From the NCBI RefSeq assembly GCF_009914755.1, contig NC_060927.1: 64,000 nucleotides of DNA; one strand, given 5' to 3'. Origin of the DNA: the human T2T-CHM13v2.0 reference genome, Homo sapiens. A model generated the notes under the pieces. It did not search any database, was not told where the DNA came from, and saw nothing but the letters and a program-made list of their open reading frames with translations. Below are positions 1-12,062 of the stretch, piece by piece. Numbering within the stretch: position 1 is the first letter of the stretch; each line of letters begins with the position of its first letter. The position numbers and the translations under genes are program-made.

Positions 1-19
1 GCTATTATGGACACAATAG

Positions 20-215
20 TTATTCATTGTGTTACTTAATCCTCACAATTCTATGAGCTATGTTCTATAATTATTCCTTTTACAAATGAGAAAAGTAAGA
101 CTCAGAGAGGTTAACTAACTTACCTAAGATCACAGAATTAGCTTGTGACAAACCAGAGTTTGAATCCAGGCAGCTGGACACCAAAGCCTACATACTTAAC
201 CACCAACTCTATAAT
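20..215 (-). mobile_element. MIR SINE fragment
   Basis: Matches the reverse MIR core: ttacaaatgagaaaagtaagactcagagaggttaactaacttacctaagatcaca...tttgaatccaggcag. Confidence 0.75.
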
Positions 216-252
216 GCTTTTGAAATCAGGAGAAACATGCATGTGTGTGAGT

Positions 253-278
253 ACACACACACACACACACACACACAC
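253..278. repeat. (AC)13 microsatellite
   Basis: Read directly. Confidence 0.95.
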
Positions 279-1709
279 CCCACATACAGTTTGCTTTTTC
301 AAAAAAGAAAGAAGATTACTTATTTACTCCAAATCAACTCCTTGACTTAAAATAACCATAATTTCAGTCACTTCCTTGAGATAATACAAAAAATAAAAAT
401 AAAAAGCCCAGTTCAGTTCAAGCTCGTATGGTAATTGTTATTATTACAAACATAGCAAAGGCCATTATCAATGCTAATTATAATAAGCCAACAATTACTA
501 TGCACCTACAATGTGCCAGGCACTCTTATAAATGGTAGCTATTGTTATTGTTGGCACATTATTAATAAAAAACCAATTAGTTATAACTACATTAACTGGG
601 AGGCTAAAAAATGAAGCCACCCATTACCAGTCACCGTATCCTCACAGAGTGGTATATTCTTTCTGTCATCACTTCATAGAAGGCACGATGACTCAGGACA
701 GGATAGACGCAATTTGATGGACGAGAGATTCTGGTGAAGTCTAGTGCATACAATGCCCTGAAGATGGCAAACCTGAGTCAGATGTCCTCCTGTGGACACT
801 CTGAGGTTAGTGACAGCCTGGGTTACAGGGGTGGACAGAAGCAGAAACTGTCTCATAAAAACTAAAATCATTAATAACATTGATTTCAACAAATATCCAA
901 TTAGTAATATCCTTTGAAAAACAGAGTGCTGGTGCTATAGTGCATATAAAGACAGAAATCCATGACCTGCTCTCAAAGAGTAGGGACTCACAGGATGGCA
1001 GTCATAAATTTTACTCTAATAGAAGGCATTGCATAAAAGGGGATTTGGGAAAATGCTTAACATACTCATTTCATTTAGAGTTATGACGCACACACTGATT
1101 TTAAATTTCATGAGGTAGTTTCACACTATTAAAGCCCTACACTTAAAGCTATGTTATAAAAATGTTTCAATACAAAAAGTTCCAGAAGTTTTAATTGTTT
1201 GGATGATTTAAAAATATAGTACCTTAATCTCAGTATTCTTTAAAAAGGAATCCTCCTCCTCCTCCCTCTTCTTTTTTAAAAATAACCTTCACTAAATTAT
1301 GAATAGATCACCCGAAAAGGCAGTTTTTTGAATTGTTAGGGATAAGCAAAGGAAGTTGTCAGTTTGGAGATAAAGCTGTGTGGACCAGTCCCATTAACTG
1401 TCAGAAAAGCCACGTCCCTGACTGAAAAACCTTGTGAAATAGGCCACTGTGTACAGCTTGCTCTGCAGTGGGAAAACCCAGGATCTACATGTGCTGGAAG
1501 CAACATGAAAGTTATGATCTACATCTAAATTTCTGAATTTTATACCCAAATGTCCTTTGGGAAAATATCATGCCCTACTTATTTGTTCAGATTTTATGGA
1601 TAGTTTCAATTTCACATTTTCTTTTTTCTGAAGCATGTGTTCAAGGGCAATCCCTCTCAGAACTCATAAACTGTGCTAGGCTGGAGAGGACTGGGAAGTT
1701 CCCCTAGTG

Positions 1710-1800
1710 AAATTCATTCATTCATGTATTCATTAATTTACACATTGACTCATTCATTCAACAAATAATTAATAATATACATAATTCCTATTCTAAAAGA
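1710..1800 (-). mobile_element. L2 3' end fragment, apparently interrupted by the L1MA and resuming after ~8200
   Basis: cattcattcattc...cattcattcaacaaata is the reverse of the L2 tail; L2-like sequence continues after the L1 poly(A). Confidence 0.5.
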
Positions 1801-3800
1801 CTTTTTATTTTGAGATAGAGGTAGAGCAAGACGGTAGAACAGAAGGCTCCAGTGATTGTACACCCCACAAATATAACAATTTAACAACTATCTACACAAA
1901 AAAAAAGCAACTTAATAAGAACCAAATAGCAGGTGAGCACTCACAGTACCTGGTTTTGACTTCATATAGCTAAAAGAGGTACTGAGGAGGGTAGGAGACA
2001 GTTCTGAAATGCCAATGCCACTCCTCCTCCATCTCCTGGCAGCAGCAGTGTAGCATGGATAAAGAGAATCTGTGCTTCTGGGACAGGAAGAGTGCAGCAA
2101 TTGTAAAACATTGTACTGAACTTACCGGTGCCGTGTCACAGCAGAAAGCCAAACTGAGCTGAACTCAGTTCATGCCTTTCCACAGAGGAAGTATAAAACC
2201 AGCCTTAGCCAGAGAGGAATTGCCTATCCCAGCGAATAGAACTTGAGTTCTGCCAAGCCTCCCCACTGTAGGCTAAATTCCTCTGGGGCCCTAAATAAAC
2301 TTGAAAGGCAGTCTAGGGTACAAGGACTCAAATTCCTAGGTGATTCTGCAGCTCAGTGCTGAACTGGGCTCAGAGCCAGTGGACTGGGGGCATGAGACCT
2401 ACTGAAACACCAGTCAGCGTGGCTAATGCGGTGCCTGTGTGACCCCTCCTTCAACCGTAGGCTGCACAGCTCATGGATCCAAAAGAGATCCCTTCCTTCT
2501 GCTTGAGGAGAGGAGAGAGAAGAGTAAGGAGGACTTTGTCTTGTATCTTGGATATCAGCACAGCCACAGTAGGATAGGGCACCAGTCAGAGTTGTGAGGC
2601 CCCTTTCCCAGGCCCTAGCTCCCAGATAACATTTCTAGACACACCCTGGGCCAGAAGGGAACCCACTGCCTTAAAGGGAAGGGCACAGTACTGGCAGGAC
2701 CCATCATCTGCTGACCAAAGAGCCCTTGGGCCCTAAATAACCAGCAACAATACCCATGTAGCATGTCATGGGCCTTGGGTGAGACTCTGAGACTTGCTGA
2801 TTTCAGGTAAAACTCAGCACATTCCCAGCCTGTGGTGGCAATGGGAAGAGACTCCTTCCTGAGAAAAGTAGAAGGAAAAGTAGAAGGTATTTTGACTTGC
2901 ACCTTAGGTATCTGCTCAGCAACAGCAGGACAGAGCACCAGGCAGACTCTTGGGCTCTTGGACAGCATCGGTAGAGCTGCCCTGGGCCAGAGGGGAGGCT
3001 ACTGCTCGGAAGAGTGAGTCCTAGGCCAGGTAGCATTAACTGCAAGCTGACTGAAGAGAGCTTGGGCCTTAAGGGAACATTGGCAGTGGCCTGGGAGTAC
3101 TTCCTGTGGGCCTATAGTGGTGACCATGGGGTGAGGTCCCTCTGCCTGTGGAAAGGGGAGGGAAGAGTGGAAATGACTACATCTCACAGTTTGAGTACCA
3201 GCTTAGTCATAGTAAAACAGAACATCAGGTAGACTTGTAAGGATTTTGACTCTAGTACCTGGCTCCCACACAGCACCTCTGGACACATCCAGGGCTTAGG
3301 GGAACTTGCCACCTTGAAGGGAAGGATACAAGACTGGCTGGCTTTTCCACCTGCTGATGGTGGAGCCCAAGGGCCTGGCAGCAGCCAGGGAGTGGTTACA
3401 GCAGGCCTTGGGCAAGACCCAGTGCTGTGCTGGCTTCAGGTCTAACTTAGCACAGTTCCATTGGTGGTGGCCACAGGGGTACTTGTTTCACCTCAACCCC
3501 AGGTCCAGGCAGCTTAGAACAGAGCAAGGCTCCATTTGTTTGGGAGAAAGTAATGGAAGAGAACAAGAGTCACTGCCTGGTAATCTAGAGATTTCTCCCC
3601 AATCTTACCTAAGGCCTTCAAGGCAGTACCTCTTCGAGTCTGCAAGAACCACAATGTTACTGGGCTTGGGGTGCCCCTGATGCAGATATGGCTTAGATAA
3701 TAACACCCAAGTCTTTTAGAATACCTGGAAAGTCTTTCCAAGAAATATGGGTACTATCAAGTCCAGGCTGCAAAGACTACCATAAATAGCCAACTGTTAA

Positions 3801-4745
3801 ATGCCCAGACAAAGACAAACATCCACAAGCATCAAGACCACCGTGGAAAACATAACCTCACCAAGTGAACTAAATAAGGCACCAGGGAACAATTTTAAAG
3901 CAACAGAGATATATGACCCTTTTGACAGAGAATTCAAAATAGCTGTTTTGAGGAAACTCAAAGAAATTCAAGATAACACAGAAAAAGAATTCAGAATTCT
4001 ATCAGATAAATTTAATGAAGAGAATGAAATAATTAAAAAGAATGAAATAGAAATTCTGGAGTTGAAAAATGCAATTGACACATGAAAGAATGCATCGGAG
4101 TCTTTCAATAGCAGAATTGATTAAGCAGAAGAAAGAATTAGTGAGCTCAAATACAGGATATTTGAAAATACACAGTCAGAGGAGGCAAAAGAAAAAAGAA
4201 TAAAAAACAATGAAGCATGCCTACAGGATCTAGGAAATAGCCTCAAAAGGGCAAATTTAAGAGTTATTGGCCTTAAAGAGGAAGTAGTGAAAGAGATAGA
4301 GGTAGAATATTTATTTAAAAGGCTAATACAGAACTTGCAAAACCTGGAGAAAGATATCAATATCCAAGTACAAGAATGTTACAGAACACCAAGCAGATGT
4401 AACCAAAAGAAGACTGCCTCAAGGCCTCTAATAATCAAACTCCCAAAAGTCAAGGATAAAGAAAGGACCCTAAAAGCAGCAAGAGAAAAGAAACAAATAA
4501 CATACAATAGGGCTCCAATATGTCTGGCAGCAGACTTTTCAGTGGAAATCTTACAAGCCAGGAGAGAGTGGCATGACATATTTAAAGTGCTGAAGGAAAG
4601 AAACTTTTACCCTAGAATAGTATATCTGGTGAAAATATCTTTCAAATATGCAGGAGAAATAAAGACTTTCTCAGACAAACAAAAGCTGAAAAATTTCATC
4701 AACACCAGACCTGTTCTACAAGAAATGCTGAAGAGAGTTCTTTAA
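3801..4745 (+). pseudogene. L1 ORF1p remnant, broken into ORFs 3801-4085 and 4287-4745
   Basis: Coiled-coil REFKIAVLRKLKEIQDNTEKEF; ORF1 motifs LKAAREKKQITY, ADFSVEILQARREW, FYPRIVY, TRPVLQEMLK. Confidence 0.9.
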
Positions 4746-7265
4746 CCTTAGAGAAAAAGATGTTAATAAGCAATAAATAATCTGAAGTTACAAAACTCAC
4801 TGGTAATAGTAAGTACACAGAAAAACACAGACTATTATAACACTGTGTCTGTGGAATATAAACTATTCAGATCTTAATTAGAAAGGCTAAATGATGAACC
4901 AATCAAAAATAATAACTACAACTTCTCAAGACATAGACAGTACCGTAATACACAAATTGAAAAAACAAAAAGTTAAAAAACAGGAGGACAAAGTTAAAGT
5001 GTAGAGTTTTTATAGGCTCTCTTTGCTTATTTGTTTGCTTATGCAAACAGTGTTGTTATCAGCTTAAAATAATGAGTTACAAGATAGTATTTGCAAGCCT
5101 AATGAAAACTGCAAATCAAAAAAAATACAATAAACACATAAAAAATAAAAAGCAAGAAATTAAAACATACCACCAGAGAACATCACCTTCATTAAGAGGA
5201 AGAGAGGAAGAACGAAAGAAGAGAAGACTGGAAAACAACAGGACAACAAATAACAAAATGGCAGAAGTCCCTACTTATCAAGAATAACATTGACTATAAG
5301 TGAACTAAAGTCTCCAAAAAAAGACATAGAGTGGCTGAATGGATGAAAAAAACAAAAAACAAAACAAGACCCAGTGGTCTGCTGCCTATAATAAACACGC
5401 TTCACCTATAAAAGTACACATAGACTGAAAATAAAGGGATGGAAAAAGATATTCCATGTCAATGGAAACCAAAAAAGAGCAAAAGTAGCTATACTTATTT
5501 CAGATAAACTAGATTTCAAGACTAAAATTATAAGAGACAAAGGTCATCATATAATGATAAAGGAGTAAATTTAGCAAGAGAATATAATGATTGTAAATAT
5601 ATTTACACCCAACACTGAAGTACCCAGATATATAAAGCAAAAAATTTTCGAGCTAAAGAGTGAGATAGACCCCAATACAATAATAGCTGGAGACTTCAAC
5701 ATCCCACTTTCAGTCTTGGACAGATCTTCTAAACAGAAAACCAACAAAGAAACATCAGACTTACTCTACACTATAGACCAAATGCACCTAATAGATATAG
5801 AACATTTCATCCAATGGCTAAAGAATACACATTATTTTGCTCAGCACATGGATCATTCTCAAGGACAGGACATATGTTAGATCACAAAATAAATCTTAAA
5901 ACATTAAAAAAATTAAAATAATATCAAGCATCTTCTCTGACCATAATGGAATAAAACAAAAAAATAGTAACAAGGAGAATTTTGGAAACTATACAAACAC
6001 ATGAAAATTAAGCAATATGCTCCTAAATGACAGTGGGTCAATGAAGAAATTAAGAAGGAAATTGAAAAATTTCTTGAAACAAATGGTAATAGAAACAAAA
6101 CATACCAAAATCTATGGAATACAGCAAAAGCAGTACTAAGCAGGAAGTTTATAGCTAAAAGTGCCTATATCAAGGAAGAAAAAAAACTTCAAATAAACAA
6201 CCTAATGATGTATCTTAACGAACCAGAAAAGAAAGAGCGAACCAAACCCAAAGTTAGTGGAATAAATGAAATAATAAAGATCAGAGCAGAAATAAATGAA
6301 TTTGAAGACAACAATACAAATGATCAATAAAACAAAAAGTCAGTTGTTTCATTTTGTCCAAGAATGGGCAAATATTTAGTCAGAATAAGAAAAAAAGAGA
6401 ATGAAGACTCAAATAAATAAAATTAGAGATGAAAAAAGAGACATTACAACTGATACCACTGGATCATTTTAAAGGATCATTAGTCGCTACCCTGAGCAAC
6501 TATATGGCAATCAATTGGAAAATCTAGAAGACATAGATAAATTTCTACAGTCATACAACCTACCAAACTTGAACCTTGAAGAAATCCAACAGATTTGGAT
6601 TGGTCCTAAACAGACCAGTAACAAGTAACAAGATTGAAGTTGTAATAAAATGTCTCCCAGTAAAGAAAAGCCCGGGGAACCCAGTGGCTTTACTGCTTCT
6701 ATCAAAAATTTAAAGAACTAATGCCAACTCTGCTCAAACTATTCTGAAAAATAGAGGAGAAGGAGGGAATACTTTCACATTCATATTATGAGGCCAGTAT
6801 TATCCTCATAACAAGACCAGACAACGACACATCAAAAAAAGAAAACTGCAGATCAATATCCTGATAAATATTGATGCAAATATCTTCAGCAAAATGCTAG
6901 CAAACTGAATTCAATAACGCACTGAAAACATCATTCATCATGACGAAGTGGAATTTATCCCAGGGAAGCAAGGATGTCTCAACATATGCAAATAAATTAA
7001 TGTGACACATATGAACAGAATAAAGAACAAAAACCATATGATCATTTCAATTGATGACAAAAACGCATTTGATACAGCTTAACATCCCTTCATAAGAAAA
7101 ACTCAAAAAACTAAAAAACCAGCAATTTCACTTCTAGGAATATATACAAATGAAAGAAAATCAGTATATTGAAGTATATCTGCACTCCTATATTTATTGC
7201 AGCGCTACTCACAATAGCCAAGATTTGGAAGCAACCTAAGTGTCCATCAACAGACAAATGGATTA

Positions 7266-7561
<296 letters not shown>

Positions 7562-7616
<55 letters not shown>

Positions 7617-7643
7617 ATAGATATAGATATATAGATATATATA
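7562..7643. repeat. (TATC)13 tetranucleotide STR plus TA/GATATA tail in place of the Alu poly(A)
   Basis: Read directly; 13 perfect TATC units at 7562-7613. Confidence 0.95.
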
Positions 7644-9273
7644 TTATGATACATATACACAATGGAGGTCTATTCAGCCATAAAGAAGAATGAGATCCTG
7701 TCATTTGCAACAACCTGAATGGAGCTGGAAGTTATTATGTTAAGTGAAAGAAGCCAGGCACAGAAAGACAAATTTCACGTTACCACTCACTTGTGGGAGC
7801 TAAAAATGAAAATAATTGAACTCACAGAAATAGAAAGTAGGAAGATTGTTAACAGAAGCTGGGAAGGGTAGTGGGGGTGTGGAGGAGGGGAAGTGTGGAT
7901 GGTTAATGGGTACAAAAAAAAGTTAGCAAGAATGAATAAGATCTCATATTTGTTAACATAACAGGGTGACTACAGTGAAAAATAATTTGATTATACATTT
8001 TTAAATAACTGAAAGGGTAAAATTGGATTATTTGTAACACAAAGAATAAATGTTTGAGGTGATGGATACTCTATTTACCCTGATGTGATTATTATGCATT
8101 GCATGCCTGTATCAGTGAATCACTTGTAACGCATAAATATATACAGTATGTATCTCCAAAAATTAAAAATAAAAAATAAATTTTAAAAAGAGCTTGTATT
8201 TTATTGGAGAAGTCAGCTAAAAGGTCTTTTATGATTTGTCATTTTATTCATATTGTGGTTAAGTGCTATGGAAAGAAGTAGAGAAGGCACGCATGCACAC
8301 TTCCACCAGCTGGGGAACATTGAAGGATGACTTTGTTTTACAGAAATGACCACACATTCAGATTTAGAAATGTTGAGATGAAGGAGCTAGGTGTATAGTA
8401 AAGGTATACTTTACTAGGTCCATGAAGAATGCAAAGGTGAATCAGACACATGGTTTCTGTTTTCCAGAAGGAGAGAGAAGTCATCTACATAAGCACAGCA
8501 CATAGTGGAAAGCGCTAAGTGTCCTACGAGAGGTCAGATCATATCCACAGAAAAACAGCTCTCTTTTACTTGCAGACTTAAGAAAGGCTTTGAGAGGAAC
8601 ACAGCGTATTTACTGAATTTTAAAAATACAGCCAGGTGAGGAGAATTCCAACAATGTTTCATCTATACTTGGGATGGCCCATATTCTGAATTTTTCCCCT
8701 GGACTGCAAAATCTGTCCTACCGTAGGTGGTTTCTTTAAATAGTACAAAACCCAACAGACGAAATATGAATAAATAAAAAAGAAACCCTTCTCTAGTAAT
8801 CCAGGGAACCATCGCCATCTGCTACCCATTACAGAGATCGATCGGGGAGCGGGGGAATGCCTGTCCTGATTGAGCTGTAGCTCTACTTGTGGATTTGCCT
8901 TAGGGCCCAGTATGGGCTATTCTTCCCTAAGGAATGTAAGAGGCTCCTGGAGCCCTGTTGTAGATAAAGCAGGTGCTCATATCTCACAATAATACTTCAT
9001 CCATTTGGCCCACTCTACTTAGACTTTGTTCTTTCTGTTTAATTAGAAAGGTTGTGGAGAAAAAGAGGATGATGCAGTCAATTTGATGGCTTATGGCATG
9101 TTAAAGTAAAACAGGGAGCCAAGTGAAGCCCCATTCAGCTCTGCTGTGGTGACAGGTGAGTCCCCGTCCAAATCCTGTATCGGATATCTTGAACAAGGAT
9201 CCATGAAGACTGCGGATTGCCTGGCCTTAATCCTCTCTCCTCTGTAAGGGGTGGAGGGAGACAGGCTTTAGAG

Positions 9274-9493
9274 CAAGCTTGTCTAACCCACAGCCCACAG
9301 GCCACATACAGCCCAGGATAGCTTTGAATGTGGTCCAACACAAATTCATAAACTTTCTTTAAACATTATAAGATTTTTCTTAGACTTATTTTTAGTCCAT
9401 CAGCTATTGTTAGTGTTACTGTATTTTATGTATGGCTCAAGATAATCCTTCTTAGAGTGTGTCCCAGGGAAGCCAAAAGATTGGATACCTCTG
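9274..9493 (-). mobile_element. MER30 (hAT-Charlie MITE)
   Basis: caagcttgtctaaccc...gggaagccaaaagattggatacctctg is the reverse of the MER30 consensus with both termini. Confidence 0.85.
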
Positions 9494-9933
9494 CATAGAA
9501 GGGGAAAGCTGCCTCCAATTTTTGGTCCCCAGTCTGAAAGAGGAGGCTGGTTAGTGAATGGGGTGGGGGCAGTAGGAAGATGGAGAGCAATGCAGGGAAG
9601 GTTCATTGTTAGGTGCATAAGTGAGTGTGTTAAGGTTGGGAAATTCTGTGCCAGGACATTTGACCATCCCAAAATTTTGTTTGCAAGGGCCATCGCTCAA
9701 ACAGCTACAACCCCACAGTTCTCCTTTTCCCTGGCCTCTACTGTCTTCTTAGCTGTCTTCTGTCCTGTAGTTCTCAGGACACTTATCTGTCATTGGATGG
9801 GACTTCCAGTATTGGGAATTTAAGAAGACTATGGTATGAATAAAAATATATAGGGAGGGATAGAAGGAACAGACAACTTTTGAGTAACTATTCTGTGTCA
9901 AACACCCTATTAGTACATTTTATATATTTTAAA

Positions 9934-9937
<4 letters not shown>

Positions 9938-9967
<30 letters not shown>
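9938..9967. repeat. (AC)15 microsatellite inside a degenerate MIR (~9875-10060)
   Basis: Read directly; flanks resemble reverse MIR. Confidence 0.9.
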
Positions 9968-9969
<2 letters not shown>

Positions 9970-11329
9970 CAGCTGGGAAGCCATCATGATTCCTATTTTA
10001 TAAACAAGTAAACCCAGCAAGTGATAGAAATTAGATTTAAACAAATGTTTTTCTTCTACTTGTTACTATTTAATTCTAAGTAGAAAATTTAAGATAGCTT
10101 TGCCTTTGTTTCCCAAATATAAAGTCAATTACTATGTTCATTGTTCCTGATAAAATGTCTCTGACAGAATATCATAATGAGATGAGCTCTTCAGGCATTA
10201 GGGATAATCTATTAGATATTCCCTTTGGACATTTAACTTGGCTGTAAGAGGATATGGAAAACATCGTGTCTTTCACATTTCCCCTGCAAGCCAGTTCAAC
10301 AGCTGGCTTCATGTGGGTCTAGAAGTGGCCACCAGGTTGTTTTAAGAACAGAAAAGACTGCAGACAGAAGGTTGTGATGAAATAAACTGTCCTTTAATCA
10401 TGGCTGTGGTCCCAGGGTCCAGGACCCTGAGACATTTAGAACAAAGTTAAGTGAGTGCATTTCCCACACATTCTGCTGCCCATCTGCCTCAAACTTGTCA
10501 CCTTCCTGGGCCTTCCTAGAAGCACTCACTCACCCTTGCATGTTTGGGTCAGTTTCTGCTGCTATAGCAACCCACACAGCTGCCTGCAGGGGATCAAGCC
10601 TCCCTTCTGTGAAGTGCTTCAAGGTTCTTGGAGGAAATAAGATATAAATTCCAAGCATGAGTATGGAATGGGCATAAATCACAATGTTGACATGCAGTGG
10701 GAGGTAGAGATCTACTCAAAGATGAACTAAATATAGGCAAGAACTTGACTCGGCATCCTGATTTTGTGTCTATCATATCCACTATCTGGGAGCATACCAG
10801 CCCATTCAGTTTGAAAGGGGATCCTTTCCACAGAGCACCACTTGGGCCACTCTCTGACTTACCTAAAGCACACCCAGGGGAGAAGAATGAGAGGAGCAAT
10901 GAAGGCAGTGCGAGACTCGGTCACATTCACTAAAGGCACCATGTACCTCAAATGACAACCTCCTTTGAAGAACTGGCCAGCCTGCACCACCATCCTGGGA
11001 TGTGTGAACACTGGAATGCTATGAGTTAGCTCCTCACCTTTCTTTCCTCTCTGGGTATCCCACCTTCTTCCATCAGAAAACTATGTTTAATACTCACTGG
11101 ATATAAGCATTCCTTTCTCACTGCCATCCTTCTCTCAACCTGTATCCCCAGTCTCTATTCACTGACCAGTTTGTAAAGCTCTCTCCTTTATTTCATCTAG
11201 GTCCTAAATTCCACGTACACATCATTAAAACCTTAGAAGATGATTCTCAGAATATTCTTATGTGACTAATTTGAGAGACAACACATTTGGGCTATTCTGC
11301 CTTCTGTATTTTCTGTTCCCATCTCCATT

Positions 11330-11700
11330 CCATGTACCCATTACCCAGTCCTGCTAGGTGCTAAGGGGTTCAGAAGATGTGGCTTCTGTCCTCCAGGACT
11401 CACAGCTTGGGAGGAGGGATAACAAGCATGTGCAAATAACTGACTACTAAGTGAAAAAATGACAATTCAGTAAGCAAGCTAAGGCTAAAGTGATAAAAGG
11501 TTCAGAGGAGGGAAGGAGAACCATGGTCTGGGGAAGAAGACCTTGAAGGTGAGTCTATCCTGATGAGCAGATAGGATCAGACATGAGTTATAGTAGGAGC
11601 AGGAGGAACACAGGGAGTCACTACTGGAAAAAGTAACATGGACCACCAAACATAAATGAGTAGTAATTCACAGGCGTGGGCGGCAAAAGTTGGGTAATTT
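11330..11700 (-). mobile_element. L2 fragment
   Basis: ctaggtgct...ctgtcctccaggactcacagc...gaagaccttgaagg is typical of reverse L2. Confidence 0.5.
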
Positions 11701-11742
11701 ATTGGTGAATTCTTCTACTATGTATTGCTATATTGTATAATT

Positions 11743-12062
11743 TAGTGATCTCAAATTCGCTGCATATTAGAATCACATAGGGAGTTCAAAATCATGATGC
11801 CAAGGCTGTACCCCAGACCAAGTAAATCAGAATCTCTGTAAGTTGGACCCAGGCATCAGTATTTTAAAAAGCTCCTCCATTATTACAAAATGCAGTCAGG
11901 GGCCAGAATAAGTGCTCGAAATTAATACCCCTGGGGACTCTAAAGTCCAGACTAAGCACCTGGGGATCAGGAGGTCTGGGGTGGGGCCTGGGATTCTCCA
12001 TTTCTAATAAGGTTCCAGGTGGTATCATTGTCGCTGGTCCCAAGCCACACTTTGAGTATGAA
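11743..12062. mobile_element. Two adjacent MER5-family MITEs (MER5B-like ~11743-11915, MER5A-like ~11950-12062)
   Basis: ttagaatcac...aaatcagaatctctg...ggacccaggcatcagtattttaaaaagctcc; ggtctggggtggggcctggga...catttctaataag. Confidence 0.7.

Noticed and set aside
1912-3741. Many 60-117 aa ORFs on both strands
   Set aside because: All fall in the GC-richer L1MA 5' UTR and show no protein homology I recognise.
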